Below are positions 38,321 to 47,655 of a stretch of 64,000 nucleotides of DNA, piece by piece (positions within the stretch are counted from its first letter, which is position 1; the number at the start of each line of letters is the position of its first letter). The notes below the pieces were generated by a model. It did not search any database. It was not told the origin of the DNA and saw nothing but the letters and a program-made list of their open reading frames with translations. Where the stretch lies: NCBI GenBank assembly GCA_021325515.1, contig JAJPHC010000030.1, forward strand, positions 78,976 to 142,975, read 5' to 3'. Position numbers and translations under genes: made by a program. This DNA comes from Acidobacteriota bacterium (GTDB taxonomy: Bacteria; Acidobacteriota; Thermoanaerobaculia; Gp7-AA8).

Positions 38321-41300
38321 CGCCTGCAGCAGTGTCTCGAAAGCTTCGGCCGACACCGGCCTGCTGATCAGGAAGCCCTGCGCTGCCGTGCACTGTTCGC
38401 GCTGAAGGAACGCGAGCTGCTCCTGCGTCTCCACTCCTTCCGCCACCACGCGCAGCCGCAGCGCCCGCGCCATCGAGATCACGGCCGAGATGATCGCGCC
38501 GTCGCTGGAATCGGCGGAGAGATCGCGCACGAAGTCCTGATCGATCTTCACAGTGTCGATCGGGAAGCGCTTGAGATAGTTCAGCGAGGAGTAGCCGGTG
38601 CCGAAGTCATCAATGGAGATGCGGATGCCCATCTCCTTCAACCGCTTCATGATGGCCAGCGACAGATCGGCGTTCTGCATCGCGGTCGACTCGGTGATCT
38701 CGAGGTCGAGCAGCTCCGGCGGGAAACCGGTCTCTTCGATGACGCGCTCCACCATGCGCGTGAGATCGCGCTGCTGGAACTGGCGCGGCGAGAGGTTCAC
38801 CGCGATGCGCAGCCCGCCGTGCCCGGCGTCATGCCACTGCTTCATCTGCGCGCAGGCGGTGCGCAATACCCACTCCCCGATCGGAATGATGAGCCGCGTC
38901 TCCTCGGCGATGGGGATGAACTCGTCGGGCGGCATCATTCCGAATTCCGGATGGCTCCAGCGGATCAGCGCCTCGGCTCCCGAGATCGTGCCGGTGGCAA
39001 GATCGATCATCGGCTGGTAGTGCACGATGAACTCCTTGCGGTCGAATGCGTGATGCAGGCTGTTCTCGAGCGTCAGCCGCTCCGCCCCTTCCATCACCGT
39101 CACGAACTGGAAATTGTTGCGCCCCATCTCCTTGGCGCGATACATCGCGCGATCGGCGTTCTTGAGGAGCGCTTCCGCATCCTCTCCATCGTCGGGAAAC
39201 AGCGCGATGCCGAGCGAGGTGGTGACGAAGAGCTCGTGGCGCTCGACGACGAACGGCTGGCCGATCGAATCGAGCACTTTCTGCGCGACTCCGATCGCCG
39301 CGCGCCGGTCGGCAACATCGCTGAGCAGCACGGTGAACTCGTCTCCCCCCATCCGCGCGACCGTATCCTCGGCCCGCACGCAGTTGACGAGGCGATCCGC
39401 CACCGCCTGCAGCAGCCCGTCGCCCACCGTGTGGCCGAGTGTGTCGTTCACGAGCTTGAACTGATCGAGATCGAGGAACATGACCGCGGCGACGCGTCCG
39501 CTGCGCCGGGCGCGCGCCAGTGCGACCGTGATGCGGTCGCGGAACAGCAGGCGGTTCGGCAGGCTGGTCAGAGCATCGTGATACGCCTGCCACTCCATCT
39601 TTTCCTGCGCGGTCTTGCGATCGGTGATGTCGATGATCGTCCCTTCGATCACATTCCCATCGAGCACCGCGACGTTCTCGAGAACCCACACGGGAGAGCC
39701 GTCCCGCCGCTTCATCCGCCTCTCGACGTTGGTCAGCGACCCCTGCTCCTGCAGCGCCTGCAAGTACCTCTTCCGGTCATCCGGCTCGAAGTAAAGATCG
39801 AGTGCGGATGCCACGCGCATCAGCTCTTCATTCGAGTCGTAGCCGAAGATGCGCGCCATCGCGTCATTGCATTCGAGCATGCGCCCTTCGACGGTGCTGC
39901 GGAAGACGCCTGCGAGATTGCGCTCGAAAAGGAGCCGGAAGCGCGCCTCGTTCGATTTGCGCTCCGTCACATCGCGCGCGATGCCCTGCACTCCGATGCT
40001 CTTGCCGTCGCGGAACACGAGGCGTGTATTGACCTCGACCGGAATGCGCCGGCCGTCCTTGGCCTGCAGATCGATCTCGTACGATGTGGTGTGGGTTTCG
40101 TCGGCGACCTTGCGCCGGAAATTCGAAGCCGCACGCTCGACGTCATCGGGTGCAATGAACTGTTGGATCGTCATCGAGAGCGCTTCGTCGAGCGTGTAGC
40201 CGGTCGTGCGAAGACCGGCCAGATTCATCGACGTGATGCGTCCCTCGAGGTCGTGCGTGTAGACGATGTCGTTCGCGTTCTCGAAAAGATCGCGGTAGCG
40301 CGTCTCGCTCTGCCGCAGCGAAGCCTCGATCGCTTTTCGTTCAGAGATGTCGCGGGCCACGACCTGAATGGCCGGCTTCCCATCGATCTGAAAGGAGATC
40401 GCTGCGACTTCGACATCGACGGCGGTGCCATCGCGCTTGAGGAACTTCTCTTCGATCAGCGGCACCTCGCGTCCTCGCGACAGCACGCGCAGCCGGCTTC
40501 GCACCGTCGTGCGATAGTCGGGATGCACGAGCGTCATGATGTCGCGGCCCACGAGCTCTTCCGCTGACGCGGCTCCAATCAGCCTCACCGCGGCGGTGTT
40601 GACGAACGTCAGCTTGCCTTCCTGATGCACGAAGATCGCATCAGGGCTCAGCTCCACCACGTTCCGATACCGCTCCTCGCTCTCGCGCAGTCTCTCTTCG
40701 GCGCCCCTCCGCTCGGTGACGTCCTGCGCGATGACGAGCCGCGAGCGCTTTTCACCGAAGAGGAACTCGAACGAGGTGATCTCGACGTCGATGATCTTTC
40801 CGCTGCGGATGCGATGGCGGAAGAGCGCGCGATCGCGCTTCTCCGGCGGATTACGCAATGCCTCTTCCATCTGCGGCAGATCTTCCTGCGGGCGGATGTC
40901 GAGGATCGTCATCTCCATGAATTCTTCGCGGAGGTAGCCGTAGTGTGCGATCGCCGCATCGTTCACTGCGATGAACCGCAAGGTGTCGAAGTCGTAGACC
41001 CACATCGGCAGCGGATTCGCGTCGAAGAGCGTGCGGTAGCGCGTCTCGCTTTCGCGCAGCGCTTCTTCCGCCCGCTTGCGCTCCGTGTAGTCCGTCGCGA
41101 CGTAGATCGCGGCGACGGGAGTGCCATCCGCCTGGCGCACGAATGACGACTGCGCGAGCACGTCGAGCGCCGAGCCGTCCGCCGTCCGCCAGAGCATCGT
41201 CTGCTCCAGCACGCCGGTGCTCTCCAGAATCTGCGCGGTGCTCGTCGCTTCGTTGCGCTGGATGATGTTGCGGATGTGGAGGCCGACCATCGTCGGCGCG

Positions 41301-42091
41301 TCGAAGCCGAGCATCGCGCCGGCCGCGCGGTTCACGACGCGGATCTTGCCATCCATGTCGACGACGAGCACCGCCCCCTTCATCGTCTCGAGGATCTGTC
41401 CCGCCGCGAACTCCGGGGTGAGGTCGATGACTTCGTAATTCCAGACCGCGCGCGCCGCGACGATGGAGAACGCGAGCACGGCCATGTAGCCGACCGGGTA
41501 CATGTCGATCCCCATCGAAGGGAAGACATCGACGAGCGCGAGACTGCCGACGGCGAGCGCGAGCAGCATGAGCCCCGTTCGCTCGCGCGTCTGCCCCTCC
41601 GATTGCTGATGCGCATTCCAGAGAAGGCGCATTGCATAAAGGAGGATGAGGCCGTAGGTCGCCGCCCAGATGAAATTCAAGGGCGAGCCGTTGGCGTACC
41701 AGCCCCAGGAGTAGTGGCGCACGGCCGGGATGAGAATCGGCGACGCTGCGCCGATGAGCGCCACCGTGATGCAGAAGAACCAGGAGAGGCCGAGGCGGAC
41801 TCGCAGGCGCTGGCGGGTGCCGGTGTAGACCGAGACGAAATTCAGAATGATCGCCGGAATGAGCGCGGCTGCCACATGGCCGGCACGCGCCCACAACAGA
41901 GCGACATGCGGCGAGAGCGACGAATACATCAGCGCGAAACAGCCAAGCCACGCCGCGGCACTCGCTGTGATTAATGAGAAGAGGATGCTGCCGCGCGCGC
42001 CGCGCCCCCGGAGGGCGACACCAGCGCCGAGACAGAAGGCGACGGCTGCCGTGATCGCAGTCGCAAGCGCCAGAGGGTTCGCCGCGTACAT
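38294..42091 (-). CDS. Membrane-anchored multi-PAS / GGDEF / EAL c-di-GMP signalling protein
   Basis: An N-terminal polytopic segment is followed by at least four PAS-like repeats. A GGDEF domain (RMGGDEFTVLL) and an EAL domain (EALIRW...DDFGTGYSSL...KIDQ) follow. The protein is 1265 aa. Confidence 0.85.
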   Translation of the reverse strand: MYAANPLALATAITAAVAFCLGAGVALRGRGARGSILFSLITASAAAWLGCFALMYSSLSPHVALLWARAGHVAAALIPAIILNFVSVYTGTRQRLRVRLGLSWFFCITVALIGAASPILIPAVRHYSWGWYANGSPLNFIWAATYGLILLYAMRLLWNAHQQSEGQTRERTGLMLLALAVGSLALVDVFPSMGIDMYPVGYMAVLAFSIVAARAVWNYEVIDLTPEFAAGQILETMKGAVLVVDMDGKIRVVNRAAGAMLGFDAPTMVGLHIRNIIQRNEATSTAQILESTGVLEQTMLWRTADGSALDVLAQSSFVRQADGTPVAAIYVATDYTERKRAEEALRESETRYRTLFDANPLPMWVYDFDTLRFIAVNDAAIAHYGYLREEFMEMTILDIRPQEDLPQMEEALRNPPEKRDRALFRHRIRSGKIIDVEITSFEFLFGEKRSRLVIAQDVTERRGAEERLRESEERYRNVVELSPDAIFVHQEGKLTFVNTAAVRLIGAASAEELVGRDIMTLVHPDYRTTVRSRLRVLSRGREVPLIEEKFLKRDGTAVDVEVAAISFQIDGKPAIQVVARDISERKAIEASLRQSETRYRDLFENANDIVYTHDLEGRITSMNLAGLRTTGYTLDEALSMTIQQFIAPDDVERAASNFRRKVADETHTTSYEIDLQAKDGRRIPVEVNTRLVFRDGKSIGVQGIARDVTERKSNEARFRLLFERNLAGVFRSTVEGRMLECNDAMARIFGYDSNEELMRVASALDLYFEPDDRKRYLQALQEQGSLTNVERRMKRRDGSPVWVLENVAVLDGNVIEGTIIDITDRKTAQEKMEWQAYHDALTSLPNRLLFRDRITVALARARRSGRVAAVMFLDLDQFKLVNDTLGHTVGDGLLQAVADRLVNCVRAEDTVARMGGDEFTVLLSDVADRRAAIGVAQKVLDSIGQPFVVERHELFVTTSLGIALFPDDGEDAEALLKNADRAMYRAKEMGRNNFQFVTVMEGAERLTLENSLHHAFDRKEFIVHYQPMIDLATGTISGAEALIRWSHPEFGMMPPDEFIPIAEETRLIIPIGEWVLRTACAQMKQWHDAGHGGLRIAVNLSPRQFQQRDLTRMVERVIEETGFPPELLDLEITESTAMQNADLSLAIMKRLKEMGIRISIDDFGTGYSSLNYLKRFPIDTVKIDQDFVRDLSADSSDGAIISAVISMARALRLRVVAEGVETQEQLAFLQREQCTAAQGFLISRPVSAEAFETLLQAGTSVELRN

Positions 42092-42124
42092 GCCACGCGA
42101 ATCATCGCACGGCGGCGCGCGCGC

Positions 42125-42388
42125 CTACTCGTAATCTCTCTCCCTGAAAAATCCTCCGCGCTTCGCTCCGCCCGGCGTACCGGTCACCTTCCGCGCCGGC
42201 TGCTCGGAATCGGGAATCGGTTCGGCGCGTCCCGGCGGATCCGTGTCGCCCGGCTGCTTTGCGATCGCATCGACCTCAACTGGGGCCGGTGCAGGACGAT
42301 TCACCGTCTGTCCCGTCTTTCCAGTGAGCCACTCGTCCTGACTGCCGTAGCTCTGCGGTTCGTTCTTCATGAGAGGGATGGAGTGCAA
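42125..42388 (-). CDS. Small Pro-rich hypothetical protein
   Basis: An ORF in a gap. Its composition is low-complexity, so it may not be expressed. Confidence 0.2.
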   Translation of the reverse strand: MHSIPLMKNEPQSYGSQDEWLTGKTGQTVNRPAPAPVEVDAIAKQPGDTDPPGRAEPIPDSEQPARKVTGTPGGAKRGGFFRERDYE

Positions 42389-42420
42389 GTCTCATCCCGT
42401 CTTTGGCCCGAAGCTGCGAA

Positions 42421-43539
42421 TCACCAGCCTCGCGTGGGCTTCCATTCGGCGACGCATTCGTTGTTCTCGATCACGTGATAGCGATCGAACATCGCTGCGG
42501 TCAGGCAGGAGTGATTCGGGATGATCCGCACCTTCGTGCCGACGGGAAGATGGGCGATGCCCTCGAGCTTGCCATGCTCCTGCGACAGCGACGTCAGCCG
42601 CACAGGCAGCGGCTCGAGATCGAGATCGCAGACGATTCCGAAGCTCACATCCGGATCGATGTGATCGGGCCCGAGGTCTTTGGAGAGAGCGAGCGCACCG
42701 GCGTCGATGATCGCGCAGCGCCGTTCCGGATAGGAGCCGATCACCGTCGCCAGCACGGACACCGCGACATCCTCGGCACGGCACGAGCCGATCGCCGTCT
42801 GGAATGCGTCATAGAAAATGTAGTTGCCGGGCCGCACCTCATCGACTTCCGTGAAGCGCTCGACGACGGAGGCCGTCGGCGTCGAGCCGGCGCTGCGGAC
42901 GAGAAAGCCGAGCTCTTCGTCGAGCGCGCGAAAGCGCGTGAGGCAGCCTGCCTCCTCCGCCGCGATGCGCCGCACGTCATCGGTATTGCGCGCGTGATAC
43001 GAGTGTCCGGCGTGAGTCAGGATTCCGTGAAACCGGATCGTCGGCGAGCGCATCATCGCGCGGGCGAGCGCGAGGCTGTCGGGACTGTCGGGACTTACAC
43101 CGGCGCGGTGATACCCGCAATCGATCTTGAGAAAGACTTCGAAGGGATAGCCGCGCTGCTCCATCGCACGCAGCGCCATCTCGGAATCGATCAGGAGATT
43201 CAGACGATCGATCCGCGAGGCGAGCGCCGCGGCGCGGTCGAGTTTCTCCGGGGCGATCGGAACCGCATAGGTTATGTCCCTGAACCCGCCGCCGGCGAAA
43301 AACTCCGCCTCCGCGAGAGTGGAGACCGTGATCGGCCCGAAATTTCCTCCATGCTGTAGACGCGCACCTTCGATGGTCTTGTGCGTTTTCACATGAGGCC
43401 GGAACACAACCGCTGATGCGCGGGCCTTTTCCTGCATGCGGAGGCAATTGGCCCGCGCGCGCCGGATGTCGACGAGAAACGAAGGTGTCGGAAGCTCGGT
43501 TACGATCGGCAAGGTGCGCAAGATTATCCACATCGACAT
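42421..43539 (-). CDS. PLP-dependent enzyme of the alanine-racemase-N-terminal / DSD1 family (D-serine dehydratase or D-threonine aldolase-like)
   Basis: A FRPHVKTHKT motif, matching the xHxKT PLP-lysine block of this family. The protein is ~370 aa. Confidence 0.6.
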   Translation of the reverse strand: MSMWIILRTLPIVTELPTPSFLVDIRRARANCLRMQEKARASAVVFRPHVKTHKTIEGARLQHGGNFGPITVSTLAEAEFFAGGGFRDITYAVPIAPEKLDRAAALASRIDRLNLLIDSEMALRAMEQRGYPFEVFLKIDCGYHRAGVSPDSPDSLALARAMMRSPTIRFHGILTHAGHSYHARNTDDVRRIAAEEAGCLTRFRALDEELGFLVRSAGSTPTASVVERFTEVDEVRPGNYIFYDAFQTAIGSCRAEDVAVSVLATVIGSYPERRCAIIDAGALALSKDLGPDHIDPDVSFGIVCDLDLEPLPVRLTSLSQEHGKLEGIAHLPVGTKVRIIPNHSCLTAAMFDRYHVIENNECVAEWKPTRGW

Positions 43540-44587
43540 GGATGCGTTCTACGCCTCTGTCGAACAGCGCGATGAACCCTCGCTGAAGGGAAAGCCGGTG
43601 ATCGTCGGATGGCCGGGCGAACGGAGCGTGGTCTGCGCTGCGTCCTACGAAGCGCGCAAATTCGGCGTGCACTCGGCGATGCCGGCGACGCGCGCGCGCC
43701 GTCTCTGTCCGTCGGCCGTCTTCATCCATCCGAACTTCGACAAATACCGCGCGGTATCGCGCGAGATCCGCGAGATTTTCGAGCGGCATACGCCGCTGGT
43801 CGAGCCGCTCTCGCTCGATGAGGCGTACCTTGATGTCACGCACGAGCTGACCGGGATTCCCACGGCGACCGAAACCGCGGAGTGCATCCGCCGCGAGATC
43901 CGCGAGCGGACGCAGCTCACGGCATCCGCCGGCGTCGCGCCGAACAAATTCCTCGCGAAAATCGCATCGGACTGGCGGAAGCCGGACGGCATGTTCGTCA
44001 TCCGGCCGCATCAGGTGGAGCGATTCCTGATGCCGCTGCCGGTGCGCAAGATTCCGGGCGTCGGCAAGGCGACGGAGAAGATCCTGCTCGAGATGAAGAT
44101 CGAGACCGTCGGCGATCTTCATCGCTTCACGCAGGAAGAGCTCGTGGCGCGATTCGGAAAGTGGGGCACGCGCCTGTGGGAACTGGCGCGCGGCATCGAC
44201 GAGTCGCCGGTCGAGCCTTCGCGTCCGCGCAAGTCGTGGTCGAGTGAGACGACGTTTCCGAAGGACATCCCGTTGAATGAAGTCGCGGAATGGATCGGGA
44301 GCGAGGCGCGCCATCTCTGGGAGACGCTGCAGTCGAAGGGAATGCACGGCCGCACGGTGACGGTGAAACTGCGCACCGGCGATTTCAAGACGGCGACGCG
44401 GCAGATCACGCCCGAGTCGCCGCCGGCATCAGGCGATGACCTCGCAGGAATCGGAGTCGAGCTCCTGTCGCGATTCACGTTCGCGGCGGAGGCGAAGTAC
44501 AGGCTCGCAGGCATCGGCGTTTCGAATTTCGTGGAGGAGGAGACCGAAGACTCCGAGCCCGAAGAAGTCCCGCTGTTTCATTCCTGA
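43514..44587 (+). CDS. dinB: DNA polymerase IV (Y-family translesion polymerase)
   Basis: VRKIIHIDMDAFYASVEQRD ... SLDEAYLDVT, with little-finger region motifs. The GTG start was chosen by alignment to the canonical MRKIIHVDMD N-terminus. The ATG at 43466 is an alternative. Confidence 0.85.
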   Translation: MRKIIHIDMDAFYASVEQRDEPSLKGKPVIVGWPGERSVVCAASYEARKFGVHSAMPATRARRLCPSAVFIHPNFDKYRAVSREIREIFERHTPLVEPLSLDEAYLDVTHELTGIPTATETAECIRREIRERTQLTASAGVAPNKFLAKIASDWRKPDGMFVIRPHQVERFLMPLPVRKIPGVGKATEKILLEMKIETVGDLHRFTQEELVARFGKWGTRLWELARGIDESPVEPSRPRKSWSSETTFPKDIPLNEVAEWIGSEARHLWETLQSKGMHGRTVTVKLRTGDFKTATRQITPESPPASGDDLAGIGVELLSRFTFAAEAKYRLAGIGVSNFVEEETEDSEPEEVPLFHS

Positions 44588-44670
44588 CGCGGGGTCTGCA
44601 TTCGCACGTTAGCCTCCGGCACGAATCGATCAGCAACGGCGGCGGCAGCGGTGCTATCTTTCCCGCCGCC

Positions 44671-45648
44671 ATGAACAGACAGCCCATTACCGTCGCGCAA
44701 TTCGGCATCGGGCCGATCGGCGCGGAGATCGCCCGCCTCCTTCTCACCAAGCCGTGGATCAAGCTCGTTGCCGCGGTCGACATCGATCCGAACAAGATCG
44801 GGCGCGATGTCGGCGAAGTCATCGGACTCGGCAAAGAGACAGGCATCAGAGTCACGCGTGATCTCGAAGTGAAGGCCGATGTCATCTGCCACTCCACCGG
44901 GTCGCGGCTGGCCGACGTCGCAGCGCAGCTCAGGATGCTGCTGGAGCGCGAGGCTCACGTCGTCTCCACCTGCGAAGAGCTCTCGTTCCCGCTCGACGCC
45001 GGCATCCGTGCCGAACTGCAGCACGTGGCGCGCGCGCACAACGTCACGCTCCTCGGCACGGGGGTGAATCCCGGCTTCGTGATGGACAAGCTGCCGCTCA
45101 CCGTCACCTCGGTCTGCCAGCGCGTCGACTCGATTCAGATCATTCGCATCCAGAACGCATCGACGCGTCGCGAGCCGCTGCAGCGAAAAGTTGGGGCCGG
45201 AATGACCGTCGCCGATTTCCGCAGCGCCGTCGATGCCGGGCGCATCAAGCACATGGGTCTCAAAGAGTCCCTCCTGATGGTCGGCAACGGCCTCGGCATC
45301 GATTTCGAGAGCGTGAGTGAAGAGCGGATCGAGCCGATCGTCGCCGGACGCGAGATCGTCACCGAGTACCTGCGCGTCGAGCCCGGCCAGGTGGCCGGCG
45401 TGCATCAGACGATCGAAGGCCGCGGCAGGATCAACGTGTCGCTCGATCTGCGCATGTACGTCGGCGCCGAAGACATCGCCGCAGACCGCGTGATCGTGAA
45501 AGGCATTCCCGATGTCGAGATGGAGATCAAAGGCGGCGTCCACGGCGATCGCGCGACAGCCGCGATGGTGGTGAACTCGATCCCGCGCGTCGTGAGCGCG
45601 CGGCCGGGATTGCTGACGATGGACGATATCCCGGTCAGCTTCCGATAA
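44671..45648 (+). CDS. NAD(P)-dependent oxidoreductase of the dihydrodipicolinate-reductase-like family (e.g. 2,4-diaminopentanoate dehydrogenase-type)
   Basis: N-terminal Rossmann motif VAQFGIGPIGAEI. The protein is ~325 aa. Confidence 0.45.
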   Translation: MNRQPITVAQFGIGPIGAEIARLLLTKPWIKLVAAVDIDPNKIGRDVGEVIGLGKETGIRVTRDLEVKADVICHSTGSRLADVAAQLRMLLEREAHVVSTCEELSFPLDAGIRAELQHVARAHNVTLLGTGVNPGFVMDKLPLTVTSVCQRVDSIQIIRIQNASTRREPLQRKVGAGMTVADFRSAVDAGRIKHMGLKESLLMVGNGLGIDFESVSEERIEPIVAGREIVTEYLRVEPGQVAGVHQTIEGRGRINVSLDLRMYVGAEDIAADRVIVKGIPDVEMEIKGGVHGDRATAAMVVNSIPRVVSARPGLLTMDDIPVSFR

Positions 45649-45697
45649 GGAGAGCGGGCGTCGCGGCCCGGCGAGAACGCCGAGGTAGAATCTCGAC

Positions 45698-45916
45698 ATG
45701 GGCAAATTACTCGATCGTGCCATCGCGGAAATGAACAGCCTGCCGGAGCCCGAGCAGGAGGCCATCGCGGCATGGCTTCTCGCCGAGATCGAATCGGAGA
45801 AGAAGTGGGACGAGCTCTTCGCAAAACCTTCCTCTGTTATCGAACGAATGGCGGACGAGGCGATTCGTGAGCACGAAGCCGGTCTGACAGAGCCATTGGA
45901 TCCCGAGAAGCTGTGA
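45698..45916 (+). CDS. Putative addiction-module antitoxin (small acidic protein, TIGR02574-like)
   Basis: A 72-aa protein with a LPEPEQEAIAAWLL helical motif. It lies directly upstream of, and overlaps, the RelE/ParE-like ORF. Confidence 0.5.
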   Translation: MGKLLDRAIAEMNSLPEPEQEAIAAWLLAEIESEKKWDELFAKPSSVIERMADEAIREHEAGLTEPLDPEKL

Positions 45917-46184
45917 AATCCTTCACAACGCCGGGGTTTCGAAAGCTGTTCGATAAGCTCCCCCGGAAATCAGAGATCAGGCGCGCTCGGCCTACCGGCT
46001 GTTCCGGGCAAACCCACGACATCCGAGTCTCAACTTCAAGCATGTTCACGGTTCGACACGCTTGGTCTCAGCACGAGTTGGTCTCCACTACCGAGTCGTC
46101 GGGACCGAGCGAACCGCAGGCGAGATTGTGTGGTTCTGGATCGGACCCCATGAGGCCTACGAAAAGCTGATCTACCAAGTGTAG
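45913..46184 (+). pseudogene. RelE/ParE-family toxin gene interrupted by a -1 frameshift in a C5 homopolymer (~nt 45958-45962)
   Basis: Frame 1 gives MKSFTTPGFRKLFDKLP, which then runs into nonsense. Frame 0, starting at the C-run, gives PEIRDQARSAYRLFRANPRHPSLNFKHVHG...GEIVWFWIGPHEAYEKLI, a canonical RelE/ParE core and C-terminus. One extra C would restore a ~90-aa toxin. Confidence 0.55.
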
Positions 46185-46200
46185 AAACCGCGCCCGCTCC

Positions 46201-46440
46201 TCACCTTCTCCGCATCAGCGCGACCAACAGCGCCACGGCACCGGCCGCGCCCCACAACGCGATCCACCCCGCGGGCCACGAGCGCATCCAGTTCCACATC
46301 GCGAGCGTGAGCGCCCACAGTCCATAGACCAGCGCGAACATCGTCCGATGGCGGCGGTCATCGTCGATCCCCGCTGCGATCGAGCCGCCGAGGATGAGGA
46401 GCGGAAGGAAGCCGAGAACGATGTTGATGGCAGTGGTCAT
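46201..46440 (-). CDS. Small two-TM membrane protein (hypothetical)
   Basis: A 79-aa hydrophobic ORF in a gap. Confidence 0.3.
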   Translation of the reverse strand: MTTAINIVLGFLPLLILGGSIAAGIDDDRRHRTMFALVYGLWALTLAMWNWMRSWPAGWIALWGAAGAVALLVALMRRR

Positions 46441-46457
46441 GGGTCTATGATTTTCGG

Positions 46458-47534
46458 ATGCGCACTCTCGTGCTCGTTGCGCTTCTCTCCGCTCCCCTTG
46501 CGCTCGCGCAGAACGTTCCGTGCGAGTCGATCGACGGAAGCTATCGCGAATGCCGCGTCAGTTCGAGCGGGATCATACGGCTGACGTACGAAATGAGCGA
46601 TGCGCGCTGCTACGAAGGTGTGACGTGGGGAACGAAAGAAGGCGGCGTCGTCTGGGTGAGCCGCGGATGCCGTGCGATGTTCATCGCCGATCGCGAAAAG
46701 AGCACGCTGCCTCCCGATCGCATCGTCTGTGAGTCGGAAAACGGCGGCCGCAAGGTCTGTCCCGCGAACACGCGCAACGGCATCCGCATCGCGCGCCAGC
46801 TCAGCGCGAAGCCGTGCAATCCGGAAGTATCGTGGGGCTACGACAAGAGTCACGTCTGGGTGGATGACGGCTGCCGCGCGGAATTCGTCCTCGGCCCTGA
46901 GCACGTGCAGGAACCGCAGCCCGCACTGGAAGGCGTCACGACATGCCAGTCGCTCGATGGCCGCCGCGTCGAGTGCAGGGCAGACACCTCTGCCGGAGTC
47001 CAATTGATCCGGACGTTCACGGCGGACAAGTGCTCCTTCGGCACCGACTGGGGCTACGACCGCAAAGGCATATGGGTCGCGAACCTCTGCCGCGCGGCGT
47101 TCGCGGTGAAGCGCACAGGGGCGGCGCGCGCATCATCCATCGTCTGCGAGTCGAGCAGCACGCGCAGCAACTGCGCGGCGGACACCATGTTCGGCGTCGC
47201 GCTCGCGCGGCAACTCAGCGAGAAAGCGTGCGTGCTCGACGAGACGTGGGGCTTCGACGCGACCGGCGTCTGGGTGACCGGCGGATGCAGCGCGCAGTTC
47301 GCGCTCGGCGGCTATCGCCTGCCGCCGGATGCCGTGCCGCCCGGAGCACAAAAAGTGATCTGCGACTCGCTCGACGGCAGCAGGAACGTATGCGCCGCGG
47401 ACACCACGCGCGGCGTCGGCCTCGTGCGCCAGCTCGGCGACATCGAGTGCGTGCTCAATCGCACCTGGGGCTACGAGCGCGATGCGATCTGGGTCTCCGG
47501 CGGCTGCAACGCCGAGTTTGCGGTGGGTCACTGA
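46458..47534 (+). CDS. Secreted protein made of five tandem ~70-aa Cys-rich repeats (CxS...C...WG...GC.A.F; DUF3011-like)
   Basis: A signal peptide is followed by five repeats. Each carries the conserved C-E/D-S, a W-G-Y/F-D dipeptide block and a GC-A-F ending. Assignment to DUF3011 is from memory. Confidence 0.5.
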   Translation: MRTLVLVALLSAPLALAQNVPCESIDGSYRECRVSSSGIIRLTYEMSDARCYEGVTWGTKEGGVVWVSRGCRAMFIADREKSTLPPDRIVCESENGGRKVCPANTRNGIRIARQLSAKPCNPEVSWGYDKSHVWVDDGCRAEFVLGPEHVQEPQPALEGVTTCQSLDGRRVECRADTSAGVQLIRTFTADKCSFGTDWGYDRKGIWVANLCRAAFAVKRTGAARASSIVCESSSTRSNCAADTMFGVALARQLSEKACVLDETWGFDATGVWVTGGCSAQFALGGYRLPPDAVPPGAQKVICDSLDGSRNVCAADTTRGVGLVRQLGDIECVLNRTWGYERDAIWVSGGCNAEFAVGH

Positions 47535-47536
47535 GC

Positions 47537-47623
47537 ATGTGTGCAGGACAGGCGCCCTCGCCTGTCAACAGCGGCAGCCCTACCTGAACAAAGCCGACAG
47601 GCGGGGGCGCCTGTCGTACACAC
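47537..47623. repeat. Composite palindromic element containing two GACAGGCG-N4-CGCCTGTC hairpin units in inverted orientation
   Basis: Read directly: tgtgtgcaggacaggcgccctcgcctgtc ...29 nt... gacaggcgggggcgcctgtcgtacacaca. A near-identical element lies at 61014-61080. Confidence 0.55.
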
Positions 47624-47655
47624 AGCGGGCAGATGAGTTGCAAAGCGCCGGAGCA

